Origin: Candidatus Hadarchaeales archaeon
GTDB lineage: Archaea > Hadarchaeota > Hadarchaeia > Hadarchaeales > Hadarchaeaceae
Assembly: GCA_038851565.1 (NCBI GenBank)
Contig: JAWCKV010000002.1
Span: forward strand, 1-47,787
Length of the DNA stretch: 47,787 nt
Reading direction: 5' to 3'
The position numbers and the translations under genes are program-made. The notes under the pieces are model-generated. The model saw only the letters and a list, made by a program, of their open reading frames with translations. It was not told where the DNA came from and did no database searches. This document shows, in pieces, positions 29,256-39,951 of the stretch (positions are counted from its first letter, which is position 1; every line of letters starts with the position of its first letter).

Positions 29256-30387
29256 ACGACCTTTCCACCTGTTTTGCTATGACGTCAAAATCAAAAAATG
29301 TTTTTGCACGCCTCCTTGTCCTCTTGGATAGCCTTTTTCTGGCGTTTTTGTCCTCTAGGAGAAAATTCACCGCCCCGGCCATTTGGGCGGGATTTTTGGG
29401 CTCAACGAGGATTCCACAGTCGCCAACTACTTCCGGAATTCCTCCAACTTTTGTGGCCACCGTAGGCAGCTCGCACGCCATTGCCTCTATCAGGACTATC
29501 CCGAAGGGCTCCCACAGAGATGGTAAAACAAAGACATCGCCTGCGGAGTAATGCTCAATTAGTTTTGACTGCTCCACAAAGTGTGTGATGAATACCACCC
29601 TGTCGCTCACGCCGAGCTTCTTCGACAACGCCACAAGTTTGTGCAGCTCCGGTCCCCTGCCGATTATTATTGATTTCATTTTTGGCGTGATGCTCGGGAG
29701 GGCCTTTATCAGGAACTCCACGCCTTTCTGCTCAACTAGGCGACATACTGTGATGGAGAGAAATTCACAGCCCAGGTGGTCCTTAATGTCGCTCTTAACC
29801 TTCCTGAACTTTTTCGTGTCAACCCCATTGTAGATGACTTCGGTTTGGTCTTTTGGATAGTCCTTTGGCACCGTTACCTCAAGCGTCCACCTGCTGTTTG
29901 CTATTATCCGGTCCGAGCGGCGCATTATCCTCGCGCCAACGAGGTCGTCGAACATCTGCCCGAACAGGTCAACTTCCCTTGAGATGCCGAAGGGTCTGGC
30001 GTTGTGAAGGGTCAGAAATAAGGGCTTCCCGAGCGAGTCCTTCCAGAAGGCCACCGAGGAGAAATTGAGGAAGAACCTGTTGTGGAGGTGGATTATATCT
30101 GGGTCCTCCCCCCTGCATATTCTTTCCAGCTTATTCCTGAAGCCAACAGGTATGGAGAATGGAGGGGGAAGAAATGCCGGAAGCTTCTTGAGGATCAGAC
30201 TTTTCACTCTGTGAACCCTGATGCCCTCAATGATCTCGGTTCCTCTCGTTCCCGGAAGCATTGAGGTTATAACGCTGATGTCGTGTTTTCTAGAATGGCG
30301 CCTGCAGAGCTCGAAGAGATAGTTTTCAGTTCCTCCCAGGTATGGATAAAAAAAAGGGTTTATGTGGAGTATTCTCATGGACACCAT
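29227..30387 (-). CDS. Glycosyltransferase family 4
   Basis: FYPYLGGTE, RLVEQKG, EPFGIVLIEAMA, GGIPEVV. Confidence 0.92.
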   Translation of the reverse strand: MVSMRILHINPFFYPYLGGTENYLFELCRRHSRKHDISVITSMLPGTRGTEIIEGIRVHRVKSLILKKLPAFLPPPFSIPVGFRNKLERICRGEDPDIIHLHNRFFLNFSSVAFWKDSLGKPLFLTLHNARPFGISREVDLFGQMFDDLVGARIMRRSDRIIANSRWTLEVTVPKDYPKDQTEVIYNGVDTKKFRKVKSDIKDHLGCEFLSITVCRLVEQKGVEFLIKALPSITPKMKSIIIGRGPELHKLVALSKKLGVSDRVVFITHFVEQSKLIEHYSAGDVFVLPSLWEPFGIVLIEAMACELPTVATKVGGIPEVVGDCGILVEPKNPAQMAGAVNFLLEDKNARKRLSKRTRRRAKTFFDFDVIAKQVERSYEAFLRKRR

Positions 30388-30414
30388 ACTTAATCAACCA
30401 GAAATATTAAAATT

Positions 30415-31449
30415 TCAGGCAGTTATCTTCTCCCCCCTCCATACCTTGATGCCAAGCTTTGAGATCGCGATTGCCCCGATGGATGTCCCAAATATCAGGG
30501 AAATGGATCTGTCGATCAGCAGGGCGCTTATGGCCATACCTTTTGGAACCCCGAAGGTGAGAAAGATCGACAGAATGGTGATGTCAACCGTTCCTATTCC
30601 GCCTGGCAGCAGCGGTATCAGCCCGGCAATGGCGGGAAGGGTAAGCGCGAGCATCAGCATTGGAAGCTGGGGGGAATATCCAACGGCGCAGAATACAACC
30701 CACAGACGAATAATGCCCAGTGCCCATAGGAAGGAGGAGATGAGGGTCACAAACATGGCGACTCTCAGCCTGCTGAAGATAAGAGTCCCCCCGCGGTAGA
30801 ACCTTTCAACGGATTCCTCTATCTTCTTCCTCTGCGGTTTTCTTCGAAAGAATTTTAGGATACGGACGAATAAGCCAACGAACTTCCTTGCCACCATTCT
30901 TCGCTTTAAAAATGCTGAGATCCCCAGCACGAAAAGGAGGATCACAAAGATCCAGCTGCCGATGAGGAGGGCCAGCATCTCCAGTTGCGCGTGCAGAAAA
31001 GATGCGAAGATCCCAAAAAGCAGCAAAAACGCGAAGAGGGGGATGTCAAGCAGGAGCTCGCTGACGATGGTGGCCGATGCGTGGGAGGCAGGGACCTTGG
31101 TCGTCCTGCTCATGAGGATGGTCCTTGCTATGGGGTCCCCACCGGCGTATGTCATGGGCGTCATGTTGTTGACGAAGATGCCGCTCAGGACCACCTGAAA
31201 GACGTGACGGAGAGGAATCCTGTACCCAACGCGGGAAAGGGTGTACCTCCATCTGGCGGACCAGCAGAGGATCCCAAAAATATAGACGCAAAGTGCCAAC
31301 ATGACCATGTGGTAGTCGGCGGATGCCAGTGCCTTGATCATCTCGCTCACGTTCTCTCCGGTGAAGACAAAAATGGAAAAGGCAACGATCACGGCTATGA
31401 GGAGGATGACCATAAGGAGCTTTCGGGTTGTTCCCTTTCTTTTTCCCAT
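30415..31449 (-). CDS. Lysylphosphatidylglycerol synthase TM-like / flippase-like membrane protein (UPF0104)
   Basis: Multi-TM, RW...FVNNMTP..GGD and PGGIG...DR motifs. Confidence 0.85.
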   Translation of the reverse strand: MGKRKGTTRKLLMVILLIAVIVAFSIFVFTGENVSEMIKALASADYHMVMLALCVYIFGILCWSARWRYTLSRVGYRIPLRHVFQVVLSGIFVNNMTPMTYAGGDPIARTILMSRTTKVPASHASATIVSELLLDIPLFAFLLLFGIFASFLHAQLEMLALLIGSWIFVILLFVLGISAFLKRRMVARKFVGLFVRILKFFRRKPQRKKIEESVERFYRGGTLIFSRLRVAMFVTLISSFLWALGIIRLWVVFCAVGYSPQLPMLMLALTLPAIAGLIPLLPGGIGTVDITILSIFLTFGVPKGMAISALLIDRSISLIFGTSIGAIAISKLGIKVWRGEKITA

Positions 31450-31535
31450 GGTTTCCAAACAATATCGGGCACGGTAAAAAATAAGTTTGGTTAGTTGGGT
31501 TAGATATTAATCGCCCCCGTGAAAATGTTGTTTGT

Positions 31536-31727
31536 ATGCTGCGGGTGAACCTCAAGAGGTGGATGAAGGAGAACTGGGTCTACGTTACGTCTTGGATAGC
31601 TATGGGGCTGCTGCTGCTGGTCCTTCTGATAAAAAAGCTTGGCGTTGACATACTTTTTCTCATAGTGCCGTTTCTTCCATACCTCATGCTCTCCCTGGGG
31701 AGGATGGTGAAAGAGGTGAGGGGATGA
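31536..31727 (+). CDS. Small two-TM membrane protein
   Basis: Hydrophobic 63-aa ORF whose stop overlaps the next ATG (ATGA). Confidence 0.65.
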   Translation: MLRVNLKRWMKENWVYVTSWIAMGLLLLVLLIKKLGVDILFLIVPFLPYLMLSLGRMVKEVRG

Positions 31728-32167
31728 TCCTAGCGCATGTGACAGTGCCCGTCATCCTGTACGGCCTATTTCCCCAGCTCAATCTGCTTGTGCTGCTGAT
31801 AGGTGCAAACGTGTCCAGCTTCGATGCGCTTCCCACCCTGATCAGGAAAAAGGTGCCGGATAAGCCGATAGAGGAAACACACGCGGCAACGGTGCTTCAC
31901 ACGCTTTTCTTCTTCATTCTGCTCTTCTTCCCGATATACATCTGGCTCGGCTTTCAGATAGCGCTCTCCTTCACAGTGGGGGGCTTCACACATGTGTTGA
32001 TTGATGCTCTTGATGAAAAGGGGAGAATGCTGCTGTATCCCATCAGCAAAAGATTTTACGGACCAAAGCTCTTTACCTATGACTTCTGGACCTACGTGAC
32101 GGATAAAAGAATATTCGCACTGGAGTCCTCCCTTTTCATAGTCTCCTGCGTGATCCTTCTCCTTTAA
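31724..32167 (+). CDS. Membrane-bound metal-dependent hydrolase (YdjM-like)
   Basis: N-terminal H, D, H..LHT, THVLIDAL, LLYP pattern; GAGGTGA SD. Confidence 0.72.
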   Translation: MILAHVTVPVILYGLFPQLNLLVLLIGANVSSFDALPTLIRKKVPDKPIEETHAATVLHTLFFFILLFFPIYIWLGFQIALSFTVGGFTHVLIDALDEKGRMLLYPISKRFYGPKLFTYDFWTYVTDKRIFALESSLFIVSCVILLL

Positions 32168-32192
32168 TAATAGTGTGAGCGAGGTGTGAAAC

Positions 32193-32354
32193 GTGAAGGC
32201 GGCGATCAGTCCCGAGCTCTTGAGGATCCTTGCGTGTCCGGAGTGCAAGGGAAACCTCAGGCTTGTGAAGAACCAGCTTATATGCAAAAAGTGCTGGAGG
32301 AAATATCCAATAAAGGAAGGCATACCCCATCTGCTTCCGGACGAACTCAGATGA
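32193..32354 (+). CDS. trm112: Trm112-like methyltransferase activator (53 aa)
   Basis: Not in ORF track; GAGGTG SD, GTG start; [14 protein letters not shown]...[21 protein letters not shown] is the Trm112/UPF0434 signature. Confidence 0.88.
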   Translation: MKAAISPELLRILACPECKGNLRLVKNQLICKKCWRKYPIKEGIPHLLPDELR

Positions 32355-32763
32355 CTTCAATCTTTATCAGCAGGATTGCATTTGGGTCCCGCAGGAGGTC
32401 GACAAAATCCCTTGGCAGATCAGCGGCGGATACGTTGGCCCTCACCGCCAGGGTTCTCTCGCATACATAACAGCTTTTTCTGATGACCATATCAGATGTG
32501 TGGGCAAGCTTCAGCAAAGGGTGTCCGAGCGCCCTCACGGTTTCCCTCCTGTTTCCAACTCTCAGCTCGATGATAACCCCCCTGCCGGCCCTTATTCCAT
32601 CCTTCAACTCGGCTGGAAGATCCGCAACGGATTTTTCCGATGAAACCCCGATCACGCAGTCGCCCTTCGGGCTTACCTCCGGATCCTTCGTTATCATCAA
32701 CGTGGTGCTGTGCCTCGCCTTGATATTTGGGTGCCCCCTTGCCCTGAAGGTTATTCCGCTCAT
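32347..32763 (-). CDS. DUF371 family protein
   Basis: [14 protein letters not shown]...GDCVIGV...VIRKS. Confidence 0.88.
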   Translation of the reverse strand: MSGITFRARGHPNIKARHSTTLMITKDPEVSPKGDCVIGVSSEKSVADLPAELKDGIRAGRGVIIELRVGNRRETVRALGHPLLKLAHTSDMVIRKSCYVCERTLAVRANVSAADLPRDFVDLLRDPNAILLIKIEVI

Positions 32764-32805
32764 CTGGGATACACTTAAGGTTTATAATGAGAATTAGATT
32801 TTGGT

Positions 32806-33468
32806 ATGATGTTTGATGGGGAGCGCGAGGACCTCGTTCAAAATCTCGTGAGATGGGGTTACCTCCGGAGCCCTCACCTGATAGCTGCGTTCAGAAGGGT
32901 GCCAAGGCACGAGTTTGTTCCCAAGAACATGAGGAAGTATGCGTACTCCGACCAGCCCCTTCCAGTAGGGCACGGTCAGACCATCTCCGCGCCGAGCATG
33001 ATTGCCATAATGATGGAGTCCCTGGAGGTAGACAGAAACCAGAGGGTGCTTGAGATAGGCACCGGCTCCGGATACAACGCGGCCCTCCTAGCGGAGGTGG
33101 TTGGAAGCGGTGGGAGAGTTGTCAGCGTTGAAAGGATAAGGGAACTGGCCGACCGCGCGTCCGAGAACCTCAGAAAAACAGGTTATGGGTGGGTGGAGGT
33201 CGTGGTGGGTGATGGAACCTGCGGTCATGAGGAGGGCGCTCCCTGGGACAGAATACTGGTGACCGCCTGCGCTCCCAGGATCCCCGAGCCGCTGATACAG
33301 CAGCTAGCTGAAGGAGGAAGACTTGGGGCGCCGGTTGGGGAGCATTCTTTGATGCAGACCTGGGTGGTGGCGGGAAAAAGGGGAGGAAAGGTCGATGTGA
33401 CGGAGCACGGAGGGTGCTCTTTCGTCCCATTGATAGGGAGGTATGGTTGGCCGGAGGAGCAGCTTTAG
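32806..33468 (+). CDS. pcm: Protein-L-isoaspartate O-methyltransferase
   Basis: VPRHEF, GQTISAP, LEIGTGSGYNAA, FVPLIG. Confidence 0.95.
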   Translation: MMFDGEREDLVQNLVRWGYLRSPHLIAAFRRVPRHEFVPKNMRKYAYSDQPLPVGHGQTISAPSMIAIMMESLEVDRNQRVLEIGTGSGYNAALLAEVVGSGGRVVSVERIRELADRASENLRKTGYGWVEVVVGDGTCGHEEGAPWDRILVTACAPRIPEPLIQQLAEGGRLGAPVGEHSLMQTWVVAGKRGGKVDVTEHGGCSFVPLIGRYGWPEEQL

Positions 33469-34490
33469 CCCAGCCACCTTTCAAGCGAGGCCTGTCCTCT
33501 CTCACACTTTCCTCTCAGCAGCTTTTCTATTCCCGTTTGAACCCTGGAGTCAGAAAAATCGTATTCCCCGCATAGGAACCTCTTTATCTTTTCAGGGTCG
33601 GGATCCCTCCACCTGAGCGTGTAGTTGGAGGTGACAGCTGGCTTTAGGAAGACCTCCCTGACCTCCAGCGGATCCACCTCAAATTTTTCGCCGAGTTCGT
33701 TCATCATCGCTTTAATGGATCCTTTTTCCCTTATGAGTTCCAAGGCCTTTTTTGGGCCAATTCCCTTCACCCCTTCGTTGAAGTCGGTCCCGATCAGGAT
33801 CCCCATGTCAATGAGCTGTTCTCGCGTGATTCCGAGACCCCTCAGCACTCCTTCGAGTTCGACGACCTCAGGCTCCACCTCGATGTACACGTCCTTGCCC
33901 GGGAGCTTTCTCCGGCCGGTTATTGCGAGATTTCTGATCAGCGTCGGTGAGCCGAACAGCAGGGCATCAAAATCCTGGCTCCCCACGGCCCAGGCATCCC
34001 CTTTGCTAACAAGATACGCTGCCTGTGCTTCTCCCTCGCCGGGAGCCTGCACCCAGGGCACCCCCATGTACTCCAGCAGTTCCTTTGCTTGGTCGATCAT
34101 CCTCTGGTCGACCCGCCCCGCTCTCTGCGCGAATTTTCTTGCGTCCTCAATTCTCCCCTCCGCCACCGCTCTTGCCCACTCTTCCTCCGCCTTCGCTCTA
34201 AGGGCCCTTCTTTCCTCCACTGTGCGCTGCTTCAGCTTGGGAGGCTCCCCATCAAAGACGTATATGGGGAGGATGCCGGCCTCAATGAAATTGGCCGTCC
34301 TGTAAAACAGCCCGGAGAGGTGGGAGGTGATTCTTCCCTTGGAGTCCCTCAGGAGTTCCCCGTCCCTCTGTCTTATTATGGAGAGAAACTGGTAGAGAAA
34401 GTTCATTGCGTCCACGGCTATCTTCTTGCCGCGGAGATCTTCGAGCCCGATCTTCTTCTTAGGTACAACGTCTCCGAGCTGGACCCCCAT
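33465..34490 (-). CDS. fen: Flap endonuclease 1
   Basis: MGV, LYQFL, VFDG, EGEAQ, SQDFD, GTDFN, C-terminal PIP box QASLERW. Confidence 0.96.
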   Translation of the reverse strand: MGVQLGDVVPKKKIGLEDLRGKKIAVDAMNFLYQFLSIIRQRDGELLRDSKGRITSHLSGLFYRTANFIEAGILPIYVFDGEPPKLKQRTVEERRALRAKAEEEWARAVAEGRIEDARKFAQRAGRVDQRMIDQAKELLEYMGVPWVQAPGEGEAQAAYLVSKGDAWAVGSQDFDALLFGSPTLIRNLAITGRRKLPGKDVYIEVEPEVVELEGVLRGLGITREQLIDMGILIGTDFNEGVKGIGPKKALELIREKGSIKAMMNELGEKFEVDPLEVREVFLKPAVTSNYTLRWRDPDPEKIKRFLCGEYDFSDSRVQTGIEKLLRGKCERGQASLERWLG

Positions 34491-34531
34491 CCGTACCAAT
34501 AGGAGATATGTGGATCACATTATAAGAGCAG

Positions 34532-34765
34532 TCAGCTCTCGGTTGCCCTTTTCTCACCGGGGAGCCTGCGGACAACGGTTATCGGGATGGCATCCTTCTC
34601 GAACTCATACATTGCTATCTCTATTGGATCGGTCAGGTTTTCCGGCAGCTCAACCAGTACAGGGGCGCCCATGGCTATCTGCAGCGACCTAGCTCCAATT
34701 ATCCTCGCCTTTTCGTAGCGCGTGTACTTTTTTGCTGCCAGAGGGTTGGGAAAGATGAGCGGCAC
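34532..34765 (-). CDS. rpoK: DNA-directed RNA polymerase subunit K (Rpo6)
   Basis: [21 protein letters not shown]. Confidence 0.95.
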   Translation of the reverse strand: MPLIFPNPLAAKKYTRYEKARIIGARSLQIAMGAPVLVELPENLTDPIEIAMYEFEKDAIPITVVRRLPGEKRATES

Positions 34766-34768
34766 CCC

Positions 34769-36406
34769 CTACATTCCAGGTGGCATGCCGCCCTCTCCGG
34801 GCCCCTTCTCCTTTTCTTCTTTCTCCAGTTTTCCGGCAGCAATCACGTCGTCTATCCTCAGTATCATCTCTGCAACTTCGCTGGCGGACTTTATGGCCTG
34901 TATCTTGACCCTCATGGGTTCAATGATCCCCCGTTCCATGGTGTCGAGGGTCTTTCCGCTCACCACGTCCAGGCCAATGTTTTTTCCGTCCTTCTCGTGG
35001 GCAGCCCTGAGATCCATCAGTATGTCTATCGGGTCAAGTCCAGCGTTTTCCGCGAGCGTCCTGGGTATGATCTCCATCGCGTCCGCAAACGCGTTCACCG
35101 CCAGCGCCTCTCTCCCGCCAACGGTCTCAGCGTATTCCCTCAGGCCCTTTGCGACCTCGATCTCCACTGCGCCCCCGCCAGCGACCATCTTTCCATCCTC
35201 TATCGCCGCGGATATCACGGAGAGTCCGTCGTGGACTGCCCTCTCAAGTTCGTCCACCACGTGCTCTGTTCCACCCCTCACGAGTATGCTCACGGACTTT
35301 GGATCCCTGCATCCCTCTATGAATATCATTTCCTCGCCGGCTATCTTCCGCTCCTCCACCAGCGCGGCGGTGCCGAGATCGGCAGGCGTGAGGTCCTTTA
35401 TGTTAGTCACGACCTTTCCTCCGGTCGCGCGGGCGAGCTTTTCCATGTCTGAGTCCTTCACCCTTCTGGCCGCCAGTATCCCCGCCTTGGCAAGGTAGTG
35501 CTGTGCGACGTCGTCTATTCCCTTCTGGCAGAAGACCACGTTTGCCCCTGTTTTCTTTATCTGGTCCACCATCTCCTTCAGCATCCTTCGCTCTTCCTCC
35601 AGGAAGCTGCGAAGCTGCTCCGGGTCGGTTATGTTTATCTTTGCATCGGTTTCGGTTTCCTTGACCTCAAGGGACATGTTGAGGAGGGCGATCCTTGCGT
35701 TCTCCACCCTCTTCGGCATTCCCGGGTGAACGACCTCCTTGTCCAGGACTATCCCCTGAATGAGCTGGGAGTCTGCCGTGCTTCCGCCGGTTTTCTTCTC
35801 GACCTTTATGTTGTCTATGTCTGCCTCAAGCTTCCCGTCCGCCTCCTCAACTATCTGCTTGACGGCCTTCACGCAGAGCTCTGCCAGCTTTTCTCCCCTT
35901 ATCTCAGAGCCCTTGCTGCTCAGGGATGTGATGGCTATCTGCTTGAGAAGCTTTTCATCGTTCTTGCCCACCGGCTTTGCTATCTTCTCCACGATCTCCT
36001 TCGCCTTCTCAGCGGCAAGCTTGTAACCGGTGGTTATGACGGTCGGATGTATGTCCTGATCGAGAAGCTCCTCGGCCTTTTTGAGGAGTTCGCCAGCGAG
36101 GACGACGGCGGTCGTGGTCCCGTCACCCACCTCGTTCTCCTGGGACTTTGAGACCTCAACCATCATCTTCGCCGCCGGGTGCTCGACGTCCATGGATTTC
36201 AGTATAGTCACGCCATCGTTGGTGATGGTCACGTCCCCGAGGTTGTCAACGAGCATTTTGTCCATTCCGCGGGGCCCCAAGGTTGTCCTGACGGCCTCCG
36301 CGATAACCCTGGCCGCCATTATGTTCATCCTCTGGGCATCCCGCCCCAGGTACCTCTGCACCTTTTCAGGCAATATCAACACAGGCTGTCCACCCAGCTG
36401 AACCAA
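34769..36406 (-). CDS. ths: Thermosome (group II chaperonin) subunit
   Basis: [25 protein letters not shown] tail; TTG start after GGAGG. Confidence 0.97.
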   Translation of the reverse strand: MVQLGGQPVLILPEKVQRYLGRDAQRMNIMAARVIAEAVRTTLGPRGMDKMLVDNLGDVTITNDGVTILKSMDVEHPAAKMMVEVSKSQENEVGDGTTTAVVLAGELLKKAEELLDQDIHPTVITTGYKLAAEKAKEIVEKIAKPVGKNDEKLLKQIAITSLSSKGSEIRGEKLAELCVKAVKQIVEEADGKLEADIDNIKVEKKTGGSTADSQLIQGIVLDKEVVHPGMPKRVENARIALLNMSLEVKETETDAKINITDPEQLRSFLEEERRMLKEMVDQIKKTGANVVFCQKGIDDVAQHYLAKAGILAARRVKDSDMEKLARATGGKVVTNIKDLTPADLGTAALVEERKIAGEEMIFIEGCRDPKSVSILVRGGTEHVVDELERAVHDGLSVISAAIEDGKMVAGGGAVEIEVAKGLREYAETVGGREALAVNAFADAMEIIPRTLAENAGLDPIDILMDLRAAHEKDGKNIGLDVVSGKTLDTMERGIIEPMRVKIQAIKSASEVAEMILRIDDVIAAGKLEKEEKEKGPGEGGMPPGM

Positions 36407-36490
36407 GTTAATCCCTCCGAAGTTCCTACCAAGTATCACGGCTGTTGTTTATATGCATTTATGTATGGATTTTTTTTGGGTATAAAAATT

Positions 36491-38080
36491 TTACGCTTTT
36501 TTAATTTCTTCCACCTGTTGAACGAACTTCCTGTAGGCCTCCCCGCCCTTAAGCTTTTCAGCGTCCCTCTTGTATAGGTCATCCTTTAATCTCCTGCCCG
36601 TTGTCTTCTCCCATTCCTCAAACGATACTCCCTGGCTTTTCTGGTCCCTGTCCCTATACCACTCCGGTATGACATTAAAGGCGCAGAATGGAACCACTCT
36701 CCTGTCGGTCATCACATAGTGGATGCAGCAGCGCTTCACCCTCTCTATGTCGTAGTTGTACAGGTCCATGAAGTGCATCATTCCTATGAAGAGCGCCCTC
36801 ATGTGAAACTTGCCCAGGGCATCGTAGTTGTGCCTCACTATGATGTCGAACAGCAGTTTCCCCACGTCCAAGTCCTTTGGCTTGCTTTTCTTGTCTATGA
36901 ATTTTCCGATGTTGCCTAAGATCTTCATTCCAACCAGGGCCCTGCTCTTCCCCTTCCTGAGCTCACCCGTTTTCTCCCGCAGGTACTCCAGAAATCCCTC
37001 CACGTCGATGAACCTCGTGATGGGAAGCATCCTTTCACCATCTTTAAACACATATGTGGCGGCGCCGCAGGCGAAGTGGCTGCTGAGGTCGTACATCGCC
37101 CTGCCCGTGAGAGCTTCGAGGAAGCCGCTGATCACCATCGCGGTTGGCACGGGGAAGAAGTCTTCAGCTGCTATCTCGCCGTTCGTCTGCTCTTCGAGCC
37201 TTTTGAGCACGTCCGGGATTGTTACCCTGTACCTTTCCCTCTCCTCCCTGGGCATGCGCCCAACAAGGGAGACCGGCTGGAAGTTAACCCCCCGGATGAC
37301 ATCCAGATTCTTGAATCCGAACCTCACGATGTCCCCGATCTCTCCGTCGTTTATCGAGTTGATCACAGTGGGCACGAGGACGATCCCCATCCCAACTTTC
37401 CTGCAGTTCTCCAGAAGCTGCGGGACCTCCCAGTGGTTCTTTGGATTGGTTTTTTCGGTTAATCCGTCAAAGCTCAGGTAAAGGGTGTTCACTCCCTCCT
37501 CCCTAACCTTTTTCAGGAGCTCGGGATCGTGGGCCAGCCTTATGCCGTTGGTGTTCAGCTGGACATGATCTATTCCATGCCTTTTGATGGTCCTTATTAT
37601 CTCTATGAGATCCTCTCTGAGGCACGGCTCTCCCCCCGTGATCTGCACCGCGTTGCATGGAATTGGCCTCTCATTTCTGAGTATCTCCACCATTTCATCT
37701 ATCTGCTGGATGGTCGGCTCGTAAACGTAGCCGACGCGTCCTGAGTAGAAAAAGCAGTACCAGCAGGTCAGATCACATCGGTTGGTTACCACTATGTTCG
37801 CGAGGGCCGTGTGACTTTTGTGGATTCTGCACAGCCCGCAGTCCTTGGGACACACCGGCGCTTCCTTCACCACCTGAGGATTTTCGACCCCCCTTCCGTC
37901 TTGGGAATATCTCTTTGCCCTCTCGTACCACTCTCTGGAACCAAAGTAAAGCTCCCTGAATTCCCCGTGCTCCGGGCAGGTCTTGGTTATCCATACCCTG
38001 CCTCCATCGTCAAGTACGGTGGCGGGTATTATCTTCAGGCACTCTGGGCACACAGATTCAGTTTTTGCCAGTTCTTCCAT
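36491..38080 (-). CDS. tes: Tetraether lipid synthase (GDGT-macrocyclic archaeol synthase, MJ0619-like radical SAM)
   Basis: N-terminal CPEC...CPEH rubredoxin-like site, CPKDCGLC..H, CDLTCWYC SAM cluster, HFACG, C-terminal MHFMDLYNYD..RVKRCCIHY...PFC. Confidence 0.88.
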   Translation of the reverse strand: MEELAKTESVCPECLKIIPATVLDDGGRVWITKTCPEHGEFRELYFGSREWYERAKRYSQDGRGVENPQVVKEAPVCPKDCGLCRIHKSHTALANIVVTNRCDLTCWYCFFYSGRVGYVYEPTIQQIDEMVEILRNERPIPCNAVQITGGEPCLREDLIEIIRTIKRHGIDHVQLNTNGIRLAHDPELLKKVREEGVNTLYLSFDGLTEKTNPKNHWEVPQLLENCRKVGMGIVLVPTVINSINDGEIGDIVRFGFKNLDVIRGVNFQPVSLVGRMPREERERYRVTIPDVLKRLEEQTNGEIAAEDFFPVPTAMVISGFLEALTGRAMYDLSSHFACGAATYVFKDGERMLPITRFIDVEGFLEYLREKTGELRKGKSRALVGMKILGNIGKFIDKKSKPKDLDVGKLLFDIIVRHNYDALGKFHMRALFIGMMHFMDLYNYDIERVKRCCIHYVMTDRRVVPFCAFNVIPEWYRDRDQKSQGVSFEEWEKTTGRRLKDDLYKRDAEKLKGGEAYRKFVQQVEEIKKA

Positions 38081-38122
38081 GATTCACATCACCATCAATG
38101 TTCTGGGTCCAAATAAAATCCC

Positions 38123-39313
38123 CTATTTGGGAGGACTTAGGTCCAACCTTTTTATCTGCGAAAGGACCCTCTTTCTGACCTCGTCAACGGGATCGATCCC
38201 GCCGACTATCTTTCCATTTTTTATAAGTTGAGTCATCGCAGTTCTCATGGCCCCTCCACATCTTGGGCATATTGTTCTGGACCTGGTTATGAGGTAGCTC
38301 ATGCATCTCTTGCATCTCCACACCTCCTTCTTACAGCCGAACTTTCCCCGCTTCGCCACTGGTTTTCCATTCATCTCCACTATGTCCATGGCGAAGTTAA
38401 CAGTCGGCGCGTTGCTGAGCCAGCTGCCGACTCCAAACCCGTCCGCTCCGGCCTCGGCAAGCGCGCTCACCTCTCTCTCCCCTATTCCTCCGGAAACTAT
38501 GATCTTCACGTTTTCATATCCCCTGCGGTCTAGCTCCCACCTCACCTCCCTGACGATCTCCGGGAAGTCGCCCTTTCTGGAGGGAGGGGTGTCGAGCCTC
38601 ACCCCCCACAGCCTTTTTCCCAGGGCCTCCGCGGCCATCACTGCCTCTACCTTTTCGTCAAAATATGTGTCCACGAGTGCAACCCTCGGGACGTTTTTGG
38701 GGATCACCTCATCAAATGCCTTCCATGCCTTCACCTGGTCGCCAAAGAGGATTATCAGGGAATGCGGCATCGTTCCCATAGGTTCCTTTCCTATAATTCT
38801 GGCCCCTGAGATGGCGGACACCCCATCGAATCCGCCGATGTAAGCCGCTCTGTCTATCATGGGCGATATTGCAGGGTGCATTCGCCTTATACCGAAGGAC
38901 AGTAGCAGCTTGTCTGGAACCAGCTTTCTGATCCTGGCGGCAGCCGTCGATACTCCAGTGGCATGGCAGAGGACTCCAAGGAGAGGTGTTTCAAGCTCAC
39001 AGAACTCCCCGTAGGGTCCTTCTATTACCACGACGGGCATCCTCACCCCCCTGATGTCCACAGGTGTGAATATGGTGCCCTCCGGGAGGGCATACACGTT
39101 CACCTTTACTCCCTCAAAGAGATGAACCAGCTCATCAATGCCGCAGAGAACTCCCCAGCTCCACCCGTTCGGCAGCGATCCGGCCGTGACCTCGGCCACA
39201 ACCCTGGTTCCCTCCAGCCCTTTTGCCCTCAGAACCTCCATTGTCCTGACGAAGTAGATGTCTGTTGTCCCGCCCCTCTTTATCTCTTCATCGGACGCCA
39301 CGTTGAACCTCAT
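38123..39313 (-). CDS. pncB: Nicotinate phosphoribosyltransferase
   Basis: TDIYF, FGIRRMHP, GTMPHS, VRLDTP, SGGI; C-terminal Zn ribbon; ATGA-coupled to upstream gene. Confidence 0.93.
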   Translation of the reverse strand: MRFNVASDEEIKRGGTTDIYFVRTMEVLRAKGLEGTRVVAEVTAGSLPNGWSWGVLCGIDELVHLFEGVKVNVYALPEGTIFTPVDIRGVRMPVVVIEGPYGEFCELETPLLGVLCHATGVSTAAARIRKLVPDKLLLSFGIRRMHPAISPMIDRAAYIGGFDGVSAISGARIIGKEPMGTMPHSLIILFGDQVKAWKAFDEVIPKNVPRVALVDTYFDEKVEAVMAAEALGKRLWGVRLDTPPSRKGDFPEIVREVRWELDRRGYENVKIIVSGGIGEREVSALAEAGADGFGVGSWLSNAPTVNFAMDIVEMNGKPVAKRGKFGCKKEVWRCKRCMSYLITRSRTICPRCGGAMRTAMTQLIKNGKIVGGIDPVDEVRKRVLSQIKRLDLSPPK

Positions 39314-39855
39314 GGCCCGCTCCACTCCGATATCAACTCCTCAGACCTAACAACCCTCGCGCCATATATATTTCTCATGTACTCCAGCGATCTGATGTTT
39401 CTCTCATCGTCCGGGGATGCTACGCAATCTTCGGGCACGACCGTGGAGTATCCCCTGAAGAACGCACCGGCCGCCGTGTTCTGTATACATATATCGGTCA
39501 CTACCCCCACCAGGACAACGTTCCTCACGCCTTTTCCCCTCAGCACCTCATCTAGAGGGGTTTCAAAGAAGGCGTCGTAGGTGCGCTTTGTGAGCACAAC
39601 ATCCCCTGCCCCGGGGGTCAGCTCCCTCACGACCTTTGATCCCTCAGATCCCGCCATGGCGTGCCTTCCCCATACCCTGAGCTCCGGATCATCCCTCTCG
39701 TGCGAGTCGCAAACGTATACTACTGGAAGCCCCCTCTTCCTGGCTGCGGAGAGAAGGCTGGAGATCCTGGGCATTATTCCCCTCGCTCCTGGAAATCCGA
39801 ACTTCCCCCACACGAAGTCATTTATCATATCGATTACAATCACGGCAGCGGTCAT
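39310..39855 (-). CDS. pncA: Isochorismatase-family cysteine hydrolase, likely nicotinamidase
   Basis: IDMINDF, DSH, K, TDIC catalytic set; coupled to pncB. Confidence 0.85.
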   Translation of the reverse strand: MTAAVIVIDMINDFVWGKFGFPGARGIMPRISSLLSAARKRGLPVVYVCDSHERDDPELRVWGRHAMAGSEGSKVVRELTPGAGDVVLTKRTYDAFFETPLDEVLRGKGVRNVVLVGVVTDICIQNTAAGAFFRGYSTVVPEDCVASPDDERNIRSLEYMRNIYGARVVRSEELISEWSGP

Positions 39856-39951
39856 GCTCTCAGAGATACTCCTGCCCCGGGTAAAAAAAGGGTGTTTTTT
39901 ATACTGTCAGGTATTTTTACGCCACCGTCCAATCTTTCACCAGGTACCCCC

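Noticed and set aside
32186-32470. 94-aa ORF from the track
   Set aside because: Wrong frame; the real gene is Trm112 at 32193-32354
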